The translations under genes were made by a program, and so were the position numbers. The notes below the pieces were generated by a model. It saw nothing but the letters and a program-made list of their open reading frames with translations. It ran no database searches and was not told the DNA's origin. From Myxococcota bacterium (lineage in GTDB: Bacteria > Myxococcota > UBA4151), in the NCBI GenBank assembly GCA_036338695.1, contig JAYZBQ010000048.1:382951-446950 (forward strand): a stretch of 64,000 nucleotides of DNA, read 5' to 3'. The number at the start of each line of letters is the position of its first letter. Positions within the stretch are counted from its first letter, which is position 1. Positions 42,349 through 52,345 of this stretch are shown here, piece by piece.

Positions 42349-45300
42349 TCGGATCGCTCGGGCTGCAGGGCGCAGAGCGTCTCGCAGAGGTTGAGCGCAG
42401 CGCGTGCGGGGTCCCCTTCTACGCGCGCAATCTGCTTGGGTAGGGGGGTCCAGATGAGGCGGTTGCTCGCCGTCAGGCGAGCTTGCTGCGGTCGCTCAGC
42501 GACCCAGCGAACCAGCGTGGTGGGGTCGATACCGCCCTCGGTACCATCGAGGGTGAGGGCGAGCGTGAGCTTGTAGTGTTCGCCGGCGCCTTGTGCGGTC
42601 GCCTGGACCTGGCTCGCCCCAAGCTGACCGGCACGCCAGCGGATCTGCGCACACAGAAACAGCGCCTCGACCTCGTCCGGGAGCTGACCGTAGCGGTCCT
42701 CAAGCTCCTCGGCGAGCTGCGCGATGACGCGGTCTTCGCTGGCGCGCGCCAGGCGGTCGTACAGGCTGATCCGTTCGGCCGCATCCGGCATGAAATCGTG
42801 CGGGATGACGGCAGGGCGGCCGGGTTTGATCTCGATATTGGACAAGGTGTTGATCTGACCACCTTTGACGCGCGCGATGGCTTCGCGCAGGAGCTCGGAG
42901 TAGAGCTCGATCCCGACCGCTTCGATGTGACCTGATTGATCGGCGCCGATCAGGTTGCCGGCGCCTCGAAGGTCGAGGTCTTCGCGCGCAATGCGAATCC
43001 CGGAGCCAAGCTCAGTGAAACGCCGCAAGGCCTCGAGGCGGCGCTGAGCGTCGACGCTGAGTAGGTCCTCATCTTGGCGCAGCAAGAGATAGCAGTAGCC
43101 GCGCTCTTGGCGGCGCCCGACGCGGCCGCGTATCTGGTGCAACTGAGCTAAGCCAAAGCGGTCTGCGCGATGGACGAGGATGGTGTTGGCGTTGGGGATG
43201 TCGAGTCCTGACTCAATGATCGTGGTGCACACGAGCAGGTTGGTTTGCCCGCGGATAAAAGCGATCATCGCTGCGTCAGCGTCGGCTGGGTTCATCTGAC
43301 CGTGTGCGACGCCGACGCGCGCCTCGGGGATGATCGCCTGCAGGCGAGCGCAGACCGCGTCGAGGTCTTGGACCCGGTTGTGCAGAAAGAACACCTGCCC
43401 GCCGCGTTCAAACTCCCTCAGGATCACCTCTCGGACCATCTGCTCTTCGTAGCGACAGACGGTCGTCCGCACGGCGCGTCGCGCCGAAGGAGGCGTCGTG
43501 ATCGTGCTAAGCTGCCGCACGCCAAGCATGGCGAGCTGCATCGTTCTCGGGATGGGCGTCGCCGTCATCGTCAGGACGTTGACCCCTTGGCAGAGCTCTT
43601 TGATCCGCTCCTTGTGGCGGACCCCGAACCGTTGCTCTTCATCCACGATCAAGAGACTCAAGTCTTTGAACTGGACGGCGCGCCCGAGCAGCTTATGGGT
43701 CCCGATGACCACATCGATCTGTCCACTGCGAAGCCCCTCTAGCGTCTCTTTGGTCTCGGCGGTGGCGTTGAGCCGGCTCAAGCTGGCGACGCGTGCTCCG
43801 ACCGCTCCAAAACGCTCGCTAAAGCTCCGGACGTGCTGCTGGCACAGGACGGTCGTCGGGACCAAGACGGCGACTTGTTGACCCGCTGCCACCGCCGCAA
43901 ACGCTGCTCGCATCGCGACCTCGGTCTTACCAAACCCGACGTCGCCACAGACCAGCCGATCCATCGGTTGTGAGCTCGCTAGGTCCTTGGCGATCGCGTC
44001 AAAAGCGTCCTCCTGGTCTGCTGTGGGTTGGAAGGGGAACAGCGCCTCGAACTGCCGCGCAAGCTGACCCGCGTCAGGGAGCGGCTTGACCTCAAAGGCG
44101 TCTCGCTTTGCCTGCGTCTCGACCAGCCGGTGGGCGATCTCGAGCAAGCCTTTGCGAACCCGCGCACAGCGCTTGGTCCAGGCGCTGCCTCCGAGCTTAT
44201 CGAGGGTCGGGGCGCCGCCTCCGTCATAGGGTCTAAGGACCCCGATACGCGCGACAGGAACAAAGACCTTGTCGTCGCCGCGAAAGTCGACTCGGATGAA
44301 GTCGTGCTCGAGCCCGTCGATCCGGCGCCGCTCGATCCCTTGGTAGCGACCGATCCCAAAATCCAAGTGGACCACCGGCTGACCTGCGGTCAGCTCGGCC
44401 AGCGTCGTGTTGAACTGGTTGGGGCGCTGCCCCCGGGCGCTGCGGCGGCGGCCGTTGATCAGGTGCTCTGGGATCACCACCAGGAGGCGCTGTCGGTCGA
44501 TCAGCCCGCGGCGAAGCGCGCCGCGCCCTAAGTAAGCCGCCACCTTAGGGTCCCGAAGCGAGTTAAGCTCTTGGTTGGGCAGCCAGGGTGCGCGGTCATC
44601 GACAGCCCGTACGCTCAAGCCGCGCTCGCTCAGCTGACGCACAAGCCGCTCTCGGCGCCGCTCCTCATCGCTGAGGATGACGACGCTCATATGCTGCGCC
44701 CGCCAGCGCTTGATGCTCTCGAGCAGCGGGGCGAGGACGTCGCGTTCGTCGCTGAGCGCTGAGCGGCTGGCGACGATCAGGTCTCGCTGCAGCTCAGTGA
44801 GGTCGTCATAGCGCGGTTGCTCGTCGGAGGGGCCTAGCGCGCTGGTCAGCGCAACGGGCGCTCGTCGGCGCAGCTGAGCCTGGATCTGCTCGCTGCTTAG
44901 GCGGTGCGCTTCGGGCGGCGCGACCAGCTCTTCGAGGCGCCGGTCGGCGAAGGCCTGTGCCAGCTGTAGGTCCACGTCAACGAGGGCTTGGGTGACGGCC
45001 TCGGGCGCGCAGATCAGCAGCGTCGCCTTGCGGGGTAAGAGCTCGAGGAGCGAGGTGCTGCCGGCGCGAAGGTAAGGCTCAAGGCCCTCGATCCCCGGAT
45101 AGCGAACGCCCGCCTCGAGCCGCTGCCATGCCGTCACAAAGTGCGCTGAGGGCAGCTCGAGTTCGTCGCTGAGTTCAAGGAGCTTTTGTCGCTGCGCAGC
45201 TGCAATTTTGGGACCGACGGCGTAGGCTCTCGCAGGTGGGACCACGAGAAACTCAAGCGCCTCACCTTGGCGCTGAGTGAGCGGGTCAAAGGAGCGAATG

Positions 45301-45833
45301 GTCTCGATGGTGTCGCCAAAGAAGTCTGTGCGCACGGGGCGGCGCTCGCCAGGCGGCCAGAGGTCCACGACCGAGCCGCGTAGGGAAGCCGTCCCCGGGT
45401 CTTCGACGAGCGGCGTTCGGTGGTAGCCTGCGCGTTCGAGGTGAGCGAGCAGGTCATCTCGTTTGAGCTCTTCGCCGACGGCGAGCAGAAGCGAGGTTGA
45501 CTGCAGCGTCTCGAGGCTCGGTACGGATCGACCGATCGTCGCCGCTGCCGAGACGATGATGTCGACGGTTTCGCCAACGCTGAGGCGCGCCAGCAAGCCC
45601 AGTCGAGACCAAGCCCCGCGCGGGTTGGGCGTGAGCGGCGAGTAAGGGTGGTGCTCATCGTCATGGTAGTCGATGACGGTGCGCTCGGGAGCCAGCGCAC
45701 GCAGGTCCTCGACCAGCGGTGTGACCTCGGCCTCGGTGGGCACGATGATCAGGTGAGGTCCCTCGTGTTTGAGCAGCTCAAGGCAGCGGAAAGCCCACGC
45801 CGCTGAGGGGACGCCATAGTCCGTAGTGGTCAT
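42345..45833 (-). CDS. mfd: Transcription-repair coupling factor
   Basis: UvrB-like N-terminus, RID ([11 protein letters not shown]), [37 protein letters not shown]. Confidence 0.96.
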   Translation of the reverse strand: MTTTDYGVPSAAWAFRCLELLKHEGPHLIIVPTEAEVTPLVEDLRALAPERTVIDYHDDEHHPYSPLTPNPRGAWSRLGLLARLSVGETVDIIVSAAATIGRSVPSLETLQSTSLLLAVGEELKRDDLLAHLERAGYHRTPLVEDPGTASLRGSVVDLWPPGERRPVRTDFFGDTIETIRSFDPLTQRQGEALEFLVVPPARAYAVGPKIAAAQRQKLLELSDELELPSAHFVTAWQRLEAGVRYPGIEGLEPYLRAGSTSLLELLPRKATLLICAPEAVTQALVDVDLQLAQAFADRRLEELVAPPEAHRLSSEQIQAQLRRRAPVALTSALGPSDEQPRYDDLTELQRDLIVASRSALSDERDVLAPLLESIKRWRAQHMSVVILSDEERRRERLVRQLSERGLSVRAVDDRAPWLPNQELNSLRDPKVAAYLGRGALRRGLIDRQRLLVVIPEHLINGRRRSARGQRPNQFNTTLAELTAGQPVVHLDFGIGRYQGIERRRIDGLEHDFIRVDFRGDDKVFVPVARIGVLRPYDGGGAPTLDKLGGSAWTKRCARVRKGLLEIAHRLVETQAKRDAFEVKPLPDAGQLARQFEALFPFQPTADQEDAFDAIAKDLASSQPMDRLVCGDVGFGKTEVAMRAAFAAVAAGQQVAVLVPTTVLCQQHVRSFSERFGAVGARVASLSRLNATAETKETLEGLRSGQIDVVIGTHKLLGRAVQFKDLSLLIVDEEQRFGVRHKERIKELCQGVNVLTMTATPIPRTMQLAMLGVRQLSTITTPPSARRAVRTTVCRYEEQMVREVILREFERGGQVFFLHNRVQDLDAVCARLQAIIPEARVGVAHGQMNPADADAAMIAFIRGQTNLLVCTTIIESGLDIPNANTILVHRADRFGLAQLHQIRGRVGRRQERGYCYLLLRQDEDLLSVDAQRRLEALRRFTELGSGIRIAREDLDLRGAGNLIGADQSGHIEAVGIELYSELLREAIARVKGGQINTLSNIEIKPGRPAVIPHDFMPDAAERISLYDRLARASEDRVIAQLAEELEDRYGQLPDEVEALFLCAQIRWRAGQLGASQVQATAQGAGEHYKLTLALTLDGTEGGIDPTTLVRWVAERPQQARLTASNRLIWTPLPKQIARVEGDPARAALNLCETLCALQPERSD

Positions 45834-47842
45834 GACGAGCTCGGCACCGAGATACCCAGCTTAGCGAGCCGCTCCATCAACGCTGCATGATCTTGCTTGA
45901 GCTCGGTTTGGTCGCGTTTGGGTGGTTCACTGAGCTGCTCTTCGACCAGCCCGCAGTCGATCAGCTCGTGGAGGAAGCGCGACGGGATCCGATAGGCGCG
46001 CCGCTCGCCCCGGACATGCTCCTCGCTGCGACTTAGCACCAGGTGGTCTCGGGCGCGTGTCATGGCGACATACAAGAGCCGCCGCTCTTCTTCGATCTCG
46101 GCGGGTTCGTTGGCGTCGATGCTGCGCTGAGTGGGTAAGGAGCCCTCTTCGATTCCGACCACCCACACCCGCTCAAACTCGAGCCCTTTGACGCCGTGGA
46201 TTGTACTCAGGGTCACTCTTCCAGCCTGCTCTTCGCTCTCATCTTGGGCGCTCGCGAGCGTCATGCGGTTCACGAAGCCGTTGAGTTTGGCGCGCGGGCT
46301 CGCCCCGAGTGAGGCGTCCGACCAGCTGCTCTCGAGGACGTCTAGCGTGCGCTCAAGGTCTGCAAGGTGCCGCAGCGCGATTTTCTCGTTCGTGATCTCT
46401 TCGCGTAGGCGCCGGTCGTAGTCGCAGGCGTCGAGCAAGCCCCGAAGCACGCCTTTGGGGCGCTCGCCGCGCTGCAGCGCGGTACGCGCCGCGCGGATGC
46501 TCTGCTGAAAGGCGTCGAGCGCTTGCCGCGCCGGCGCGCGCATCGACTCGACCGCATCGCTGGGCACCGAGGCGATGCCGCAAGCCTTCGCCTCAGCGAG
46601 TCCACGCAGGCGCTCGATCGTCGCCGCGCCGATGCCTCGGCTCGGGGTGCTGATGGCGCGTCGAAAGGCGATCTCGTTTCGGTCGGAGGCGACCACCTGC
46701 ATGTAGGCGAAGAGGTCTCTCGCCGCCTTTTTATCGGCTGTTCGTTTCCCGCCGATGAGCCGGAAATTGAGGTCGCGTCGGCTCAGCTCAGCCTCGAACA
46801 GCGGCGCCTGAGCGCTGCGACGGATGAGGATCGCCATTTGATCCAGCGAGACGCCGGCGCGCTGTAAGCGAGCGATCTCTTGCACGACGACTTCAGCTTC
46901 GAGTTCGTTGTCCGAGAAGATCTGCAGCCGGACCGGTTGCCCGTCTCCGCGCGCTGCGGTCAGCTGCTTCTCTTTGCGGTGGCGGTTGTTCGCAATGAGC
47001 TGGTTTGCCGCGTCGAGGATGGGCGCTTTGCATCGGTAGTTGGCGGTGAGATAGATCGCCTGACAGCTAGGGAACTGCCGCTCAAACTCGAGGATGTTGC
47101 GCTGATCGGCGCCGCGCCAGCCATAGATGCTCTGGTCGTCGTCGCCGACCACACACAGGTTCCCGTCGGCGCCCATCAGTCGCCTCAAAAACTGGAATTG
47201 CAGCGTGTTGGTGTCTTGGTACTCATCGACCAACGCGTAGCGCCACCGGGCGCGCAGCTGACGAAGCACGTCGGGATGCTCGAGGAGCGTGAGCGGGCGC
47301 TCGATCAGGTCGTCAAAGTCCACGGCGCCGAGGGTTTTCTTCTCTTCGTTGTAGCGGCTCATCAGCACCCCGAGGGTGTACTGAATCTCGTTGTCGCTGT
47401 TCTGCAGCGCCTCAGCGTCTAAGCCTTCGTTGCGCGCCGCTGATAATTCGCTGGCGACCAGGTCGACCTGCTGACCAAATTGCGTCCGCACGCGGCTGCA
47501 AACCCTCCGGATCACGGCGTTTTGTTCGCTTTGGTCCAGGATGCTGATCTGGCCTGGAAGGCCGAGTTCTTCATGGAACTCGCGCAGCAAGCGAAGGCCG
47601 AGCCCGTGGAACGTTCCCAGGCTCATCCCTTCGGCGGCGCCGCCGAGTCGCTCGCGCATCTCGGCTGCTGCCTTGTTGGTAAAGGTGAGCGCTAAAATAG
47701 CGTCTGCGGGGATCCCTGAGGCGAGCATGTGTCGGATGCGCTCGGTGATGACGCGCGTCTTACCCGAGCCGGCACCCGCAAGGACCAAAACCGGACCATC
47801 GATCTGTTCGACGGCCGCTCGCTGTTGGGGGTTGAGCTGCAT
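45830..47842 (-). CDS. UvrD/Rep/PcrA-family SF1 DNA helicase
   Basis: LNPQQ, LAGAGSGKT, TFTNKAA, VDEYQDTN, VGDDDQSIY, EERRLLYVAMTRA. Confidence 0.93.
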   Translation of the reverse strand: MQLNPQQRAAVEQIDGPVLVLAGAGSGKTRVITERIRHMLASGIPADAILALTFTNKAAAEMRERLGGAAEGMSLGTFHGLGLRLLREFHEELGLPGQISILDQSEQNAVIRRVCSRVRTQFGQQVDLVASELSAARNEGLDAEALQNSDNEIQYTLGVLMSRYNEEKKTLGAVDFDDLIERPLTLLEHPDVLRQLRARWRYALVDEYQDTNTLQFQFLRRLMGADGNLCVVGDDDQSIYGWRGADQRNILEFERQFPSCQAIYLTANYRCKAPILDAANQLIANNRHRKEKQLTAARGDGQPVRLQIFSDNELEAEVVVQEIARLQRAGVSLDQMAILIRRSAQAPLFEAELSRRDLNFRLIGGKRTADKKAARDLFAYMQVVASDRNEIAFRRAISTPSRGIGAATIERLRGLAEAKACGIASVPSDAVESMRAPARQALDAFQQSIRAARTALQRGERPKGVLRGLLDACDYDRRLREEITNEKIALRHLADLERTLDVLESSWSDASLGASPRAKLNGFVNRMTLASAQDESEEQAGRVTLSTIHGVKGLEFERVWVVGIEEGSLPTQRSIDANEPAEIEEERRLLYVAMTRARDHLVLSRSEEHVRGERRAYRIPSRFLHELIDCGLVEEQLSEPPKRDQTELKQDHAALMERLAKLGISVPSSS

Positions 47843-47958
47843 CGCTACCTCGTCTGAGCCGCAGCCCGCTAACACGCTCTGAGCCTGGGTTCCAGCAGAC
47901 TACGCCCCCCCGGGTTGACGGCAAACATGCGCGCCTGCATGCAAGGGAGCGCGCAGGT

Positions 47959-49185
47959 GTGGGAGCGGTCGATACGTTGAGCGATGAGCAGCACTTAGAG
48001 GTCCTTCAGAGTTTGGTCGTTCTGTCGCTTCGGATCGCTGCGAGCGGCGCCGCGTCGGACAGCGGGGCGCGCGCCTCGCTGGAGCGCAGCGCCACCCAAG
48101 CGCTCAGTCTGGTGGATCGCCACGCTTCGGTGGAGTTTCTCAGGAAGCTGCAGCAAGACTACGAGACCGGTCAGTTCTCCTCGAAGTTGCCACACGACAG
48201 CACGCCGCCGACGCAGCGCACGAAGCTGTTGCTCGACGCTGCGGTCGACGCGCTGCGGACGGCCGCGCACGCGGACCGTAACCTCGTGTTCCCATCGGTC
48301 GCCGCGCCGAAGGACGGGGAGAGCGCCGATCAAGCGCTCGGGCGCCAACTGCGTGAGGTCGGTGAGGCGATCAAGGATCGGTTGCGGCGAACGCTGGCCG
48401 ACCGCAAACAGCTGGTCCTGAGCCTCGAGGGGTTGGTGCGCCAGATCGCCGAGCTTCAAGGCGGCGGTGACCAGCTCGGACGAGACCTCGACGGCGTTAA
48501 CGAGGTGATTCAAGAGGTGAGCGAGGCGGAGGAGCTCTCGGCGAGCGTGCGCGAGCGGTTGCTCCAACGAGCAGGCACCCTCACCAACCGCATGAGCGAG
48601 ATGAAGCAGCGGATCAGCACGGCTCATGCCGAGATGGCGAAAGCCCAGAGCCGCATCGCTGGGCTCGAGGAGCAGCTCAAACAGAAAGAGGAAGAGGCGC
48701 GCAACGATCAGTTGACCGGTCTTCCCAATCGCCGGGCGCTTGATGCGATGCTCGAGGATGCGGCGAGGCACGCGCAGCAAAATGGCGAGCCTTTGACGGT
48801 GGTGATGCTCGACATCGACCACTTTAAGCGCTGCAACGATAACTACGGGCACCGCGGCGGGGATGCCGTCTTGACGGAGGTGGCGGCGCGGCTGCGCGCC
48901 GAGATGCGGGGCTCAGACTTCGCCGCACGGTATGGGGGGGAAGAGTTCATCTTGGTGTTGCCGGGCTGTTCGCTGATCCTCGGACAGCGAGTCGCTGAGC
49001 GGGTCCGTCAGGCGGTGGCGCGTCGACCCATCGTGTTTGAGGGCAAGACGATCTCCGTGACGACCAGCCTCGGGTTGGCTGAGCTGCAACCCAAGGAGAC
49101 GCCAGGGCAGGCCATCGAGCGCGCAGACCAAGCGCTGTACAGCGCCAAAAAGACAGGACGCAATCGCTGGGTCGCGGCCTGCTGA
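47959..49185 (+). CDS. Diguanylate cyclase (coiled coil + GGDEF domain)
   Basis: DQLTGLPNRR, DIDHFK..ND.YGH, RGSD I-site, ARYGGEEF active site. Confidence 0.92.
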   Translation: MGAVDTLSDEQHLEVLQSLVVLSLRIAASGAASDSGARASLERSATQALSLVDRHASVEFLRKLQQDYETGQFSSKLPHDSTPPTQRTKLLLDAAVDALRTAAHADRNLVFPSVAAPKDGESADQALGRQLREVGEAIKDRLRRTLADRKQLVLSLEGLVRQIAELQGGGDQLGRDLDGVNEVIQEVSEAEELSASVRERLLQRAGTLTNRMSEMKQRISTAHAEMAKAQSRIAGLEEQLKQKEEEARNDQLTGLPNRRALDAMLEDAARHAQQNGEPLTVVMLDIDHFKRCNDNYGHRGGDAVLTEVAARLRAEMRGSDFAARYGGEEFILVLPGCSLILGQRVAERVRQAVARRPIVFEGKTISVTTSLGLAELQPKETPGQAIERADQALYSAKKTGRNRWVAAC

Positions 49186-49276
49186 GCGTTTCACCACAAC
49201 GACGTCACCATGCCGACAGATAAGCCAGGAACAACCTGTTGGTTGATGTGTTCCGTCTACGCAGCGTGAGAGGGAC

Positions 49277-50689
49277 TTGATGAGGCGTCGAGACTTTGTG
49301 CGTTTATCGTCGCTCTCGGCCTTGCAGCTGTATGTGCTGGCATGCACGGCGCGGCGGTCACCGAGGGCTGAGCCTGCCGCGCCTCCTCAGTCGCCGACCG
49401 GGATCGGTCCGTTGATCGACGCGGGCCACGGTTTGCTCGATCTGCCCGAGGGGTTCACCTACGTGATCGTCCAGCGCGCTCTGGACCCGATGAGCGATGG
49501 GTATGCGGTCCCATACCAACCCGATGGGATGGCGTGTTTTCTCGATGCGCAAGGGCGCTATGTGCTGCTTCGCAACCACGAGCTCGGTGACCGCGCCTTT
49601 CTTGCGAGGTACGGTCTCGACCAATCGCCTGAAGGGCTCAGGCGGCCCAAGCGTGCGTACAACGGGCAGATGTTCGGGGGGGTCACCCGTGTGCTCGTGG
49701 ACCCGGGCCAGCTGCGGCGTGAGCTGGCAAGCTCGAAGTCGGCGCTAAGCGCCGCCGTGTTGACCTCCCACTGGGTGCTCGCAGGAACAAAGAAGAACTG
49801 CGCAGGTGGCGTCTTTGATGGCGGCTGGGTCAGCTGCGAGGAGACCGATCAGGCGGGGCATGGTTACGCCTTCTTGACGCGTCCGACCGACGAGGGCGTG
49901 CGCACGCCGCGTCGCCTTGACTCGTGGGGGCGTTTTCGGCGCGAGGCGATCGTCCATGACCCAGACACAGGTGTCGTCTACATGACGGAAGATCACGCCA
50001 AGAGCTGCTTCTACCGCTTTGTGCCAGACGATGGAGCGCAACCGACCGGACGCGGGGTGGTGCAGGCGCTCAAAGTTGATGGGGTGCCTGATTCGTCGCC
50101 TTACGGCCGGGATGGGGGCGCCACGCGTCGATGGGCGAATGGGACGCGCTGGCCGGCGACGTGGGTGACGATCGCTGACCCTCAGGCGGGCAGTCGGCCG
50201 TGCCGCGATCAAGCGCAAGAGGCTGGCGCGACCCGATTCAACCGCCTGGAGGGCGTGTGTCAATCGGGGCGCTCGGTCTGGTTCTCCGCCTCGGTCGGCG
50301 GCGCGGCCGCCGCCGGACAGATCTTCGAGTACGTGCCGAGCGGACAGCCTGATGGCTCCGGTGAGCTGGTTCTGCGCTATGAGGTGACCGATCGGAGCGT
50401 CTTGTCGTGTCCGGACAACTTAGTGACGACGCCTTGGGGCGATATTTTGCTGGCGGAGGATAACTACAACGCAGACGCCGGCTGCACGCATCAGCATCTT
50501 AGGCTCATGGACGCCGGCGGTGCCATCACCGACCTCGCCCGTAACCGTCATCATTTCCTGGAGAGGAAATCCGCCGGAGCGGAGTTCACGGGTGCCTGCT
50601 TTTCCCCTGACGGGCGTGTTCTGTTCGTCAACCTTCAGGCGCCCGAGCATGTCACGGTGGCCATCACAGGGCCCTGGCCTAAAGCTTAG
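49277..50689 (+). CDS. PhoX-family (DUF839) alkaline phosphatase, likely Tat-exported lipoprotein
   Basis: RRRDFV twin-arginine motif with LAC lipobox; LRNHE, NCAGG, SCEE, PDN, EFTGACFSPDG..LFVNLQ. Confidence 0.85.
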   Translation: MMRRRDFVRLSSLSALQLYVLACTARRSPRAEPAAPPQSPTGIGPLIDAGHGLLDLPEGFTYVIVQRALDPMSDGYAVPYQPDGMACFLDAQGRYVLLRNHELGDRAFLARYGLDQSPEGLRRPKRAYNGQMFGGVTRVLVDPGQLRRELASSKSALSAAVLTSHWVLAGTKKNCAGGVFDGGWVSCEETDQAGHGYAFLTRPTDEGVRTPRRLDSWGRFRREAIVHDPDTGVVYMTEDHAKSCFYRFVPDDGAQPTGRGVVQALKVDGVPDSSPYGRDGGATRRWANGTRWPATWVTIADPQAGSRPCRDQAQEAGATRFNRLEGVCQSGRSVWFSASVGGAAAAGQIFEYVPSGQPDGSGELVLRYEVTDRSVLSCPDNLVTTPWGDILLAEDNYNADAGCTHQHLRLMDAGGAITDLARNRHHFLERKSAGAEFTGACFSPDGRVLFVNLQAPEHVTVAITGPWPKA

Positions 50690-50825
50690 TTTGACGCGCT
50701 TTTGAGCGAATCTAGGGGGCGGGTGGATGGTGAGCCTCTTGAGCGCCCTTCGTGCTCGTCGTCAAATTCGACTTGAGGGTGCAGCGGGTCTCTTGTCGGG
50801 GTGACATATTTTTGACAGATCTCGG

Positions 50826-52301
50826 TTGAGCCCGGGAGAACAGGTGCAGGTCCTACTAGTCGACAGTGATCGTCGGGCGCTCTCGATGATGGACCGAGCG
50901 ATGAGGCCGCTGCGAGGGGCCCGCATCAGCCAGGTGACCTCGCTCAAAAACGCCAACCGATGCCTAGAGAACCAAGTCTATGATCTGATCGTCTGCAGCT
51001 ACGAGCTGCGCGACGGCGACAGTCTGAGCTTGTTTGAAGCGGCTCGAGCGCAGGACATGGCGATCATCGTCGCCTCTGGGTTTTTCGACGAGGCGACGAG
51101 CATGAAGCTCCTCGCGTACCCGCGCGCCCGAATTCTTGAGAAGCCGATTGAGATGAGCGACCTGACGTCCATGGCGGAGGGGCTCTTGGGGGTCGCCCGT
51201 CCGGATGATTTCGTGGACGAGCGAACCGAGCTGCTGAACTCCGTTCGAGAGGTCCCGGCTCAGGCGCCGCCGCAGCCACTGCACAACCGACCTTGGGAGC
51301 ATGACGCCATCATCGGTGAGGCGCCGAGTTGGCGTCAGGTGCTCGAGTTGGTGCATCAGGTGGCCGATACGCGCGCCGAGGTTTTGCTGCTCGGGGAGTC
51401 GGGGACCGGCAAGGAGTTGGTCGCCAAGGCGGTGCACACGGTCAGTCCGCGCAGCCAGCACGCGTTCGTCGCCGTGAACTGCGCAGCGATCCCCGCCAAC
51501 CTGCTTGAGTCGGAGCTGTTCGGTCACGTCAAAGGAGCGTTTACCAGCGCAGTTAAAGATCGTGATGGTCGCTTCAAGAAGGCGCACCGAGGGACGATCT
51601 TTCTCGATGAGATCGGAGAGATGCCACTCGATCTGCAAGCAAAACTGCTGCGGGTCTTGCAAGAAAAACGATTCACGCCGGTGGGTTCGGACAAAGAAGA
51701 GCAAGCTGATTTCCGGGTCGTTGCCGCGACGAACGTGCAGCTGCGGCAGATGGTGCACGACGGGCGCTTTCGTGAGGACCTCTACCACCGACTCTATGTG
51801 TTCCCGATTCATTTGCCGCCTCTGCGGGAGCGCCGAGAGGATATCGAGGCGCTCGCCCTGCACTTCCTGCAGGCTGCTAACACCGAGTATCGACGCGCCG
51901 TGACTGGGTTCTCGAGCGCCGTGCTGCGGGCGCTGCAGACGCACGACTGGCCCGGCAACGTCCGCCAGCTCGAAAACACGATCTATCGGCTCGTGATCGT
52001 CACCGCTGAAGGGCTCGTACAACCTCATCATATCCCGCCGGATCTCGGCCTTGAGCTCCCGCCTCATGAGCCCGCTGCGCAGGCTTCGGTCGTGGAGCCC
52101 GCGCAAGCGATCGGAGGAGCGGCTCGCCCGTCGTTGCCAGCCGAAGGGCTCGAGCTGAAGCGGGTCTTAGCTGAGATTGAGGCGGATTATATCGACCAGG
52201 CGCTCGAGCGGACGTCCGGGAACCGCAACCAGGCGGCGCGCTTGTTGGGTTTGAACCGTACGACCTTGGTCGAGAAGCTCAGGAAACGATCCGAATCGTA
52301 A
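50826..52301 (+). CDS. Sigma54-dependent enhancer-binding protein, FleQ/FlrA-like flagellar regulator
   Basis: Receiver-like N-terminus, GESGTGKE, ELFGHVKGAFTSA, FREDLYHRL, WPGNVRQL, LNRTTLVEKLRK HTH; heads the flagellar cluster. Confidence 0.88.
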   Translation: MSPGEQVQVLLVDSDRRALSMMDRAMRPLRGARISQVTSLKNANRCLENQVYDLIVCSYELRDGDSLSLFEAARAQDMAIIVASGFFDEATSMKLLAYPRARILEKPIEMSDLTSMAEGLLGVARPDDFVDERTELLNSVREVPAQAPPQPLHNRPWEHDAIIGEAPSWRQVLELVHQVADTRAEVLLLGESGTGKELVAKAVHTVSPRSQHAFVAVNCAAIPANLLESELFGHVKGAFTSAVKDRDGRFKKAHRGTIFLDEIGEMPLDLQAKLLRVLQEKRFTPVGSDKEEQADFRVVAATNVQLRQMVHDGRFREDLYHRLYVFPIHLPPLRERREDIEALALHFLQAANTEYRRAVTGFSSAVLRALQTHDWPGNVRQLENTIYRLVIVTAEGLVQPHHIPPDLGLELPPHEPAAQASVVEPAQAIGGAARPSLPAEGLELKRVLAEIEADYIDQALERTSGNRNQAARLLGLNRTTLVEKLRKRSES

Positions 52302-52317
52302 CCGGCTGACCGAGCCT

Positions 52318-52333
52318 TGGTCCGCTCCTTGCA
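52318..52333 (+). promoter_or_regulatory. Sigma54 (-24/-12) promoter for the TPR-flgB operon
   Basis: TGGTCCGCTCCTTGCA has GG and TTGC at exact sigma54 spacing, in a 44-bp intergenic gap. Confidence 0.7.
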
Positions 52334-52345
52334 CAGTTCCCGTGC

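Noticed and set aside
49189..49220. Possible Pho box (TCACCA repeats) upstream of phoX
   Set aside because: Repeats are 14 nt apart rather than 11; match too weak
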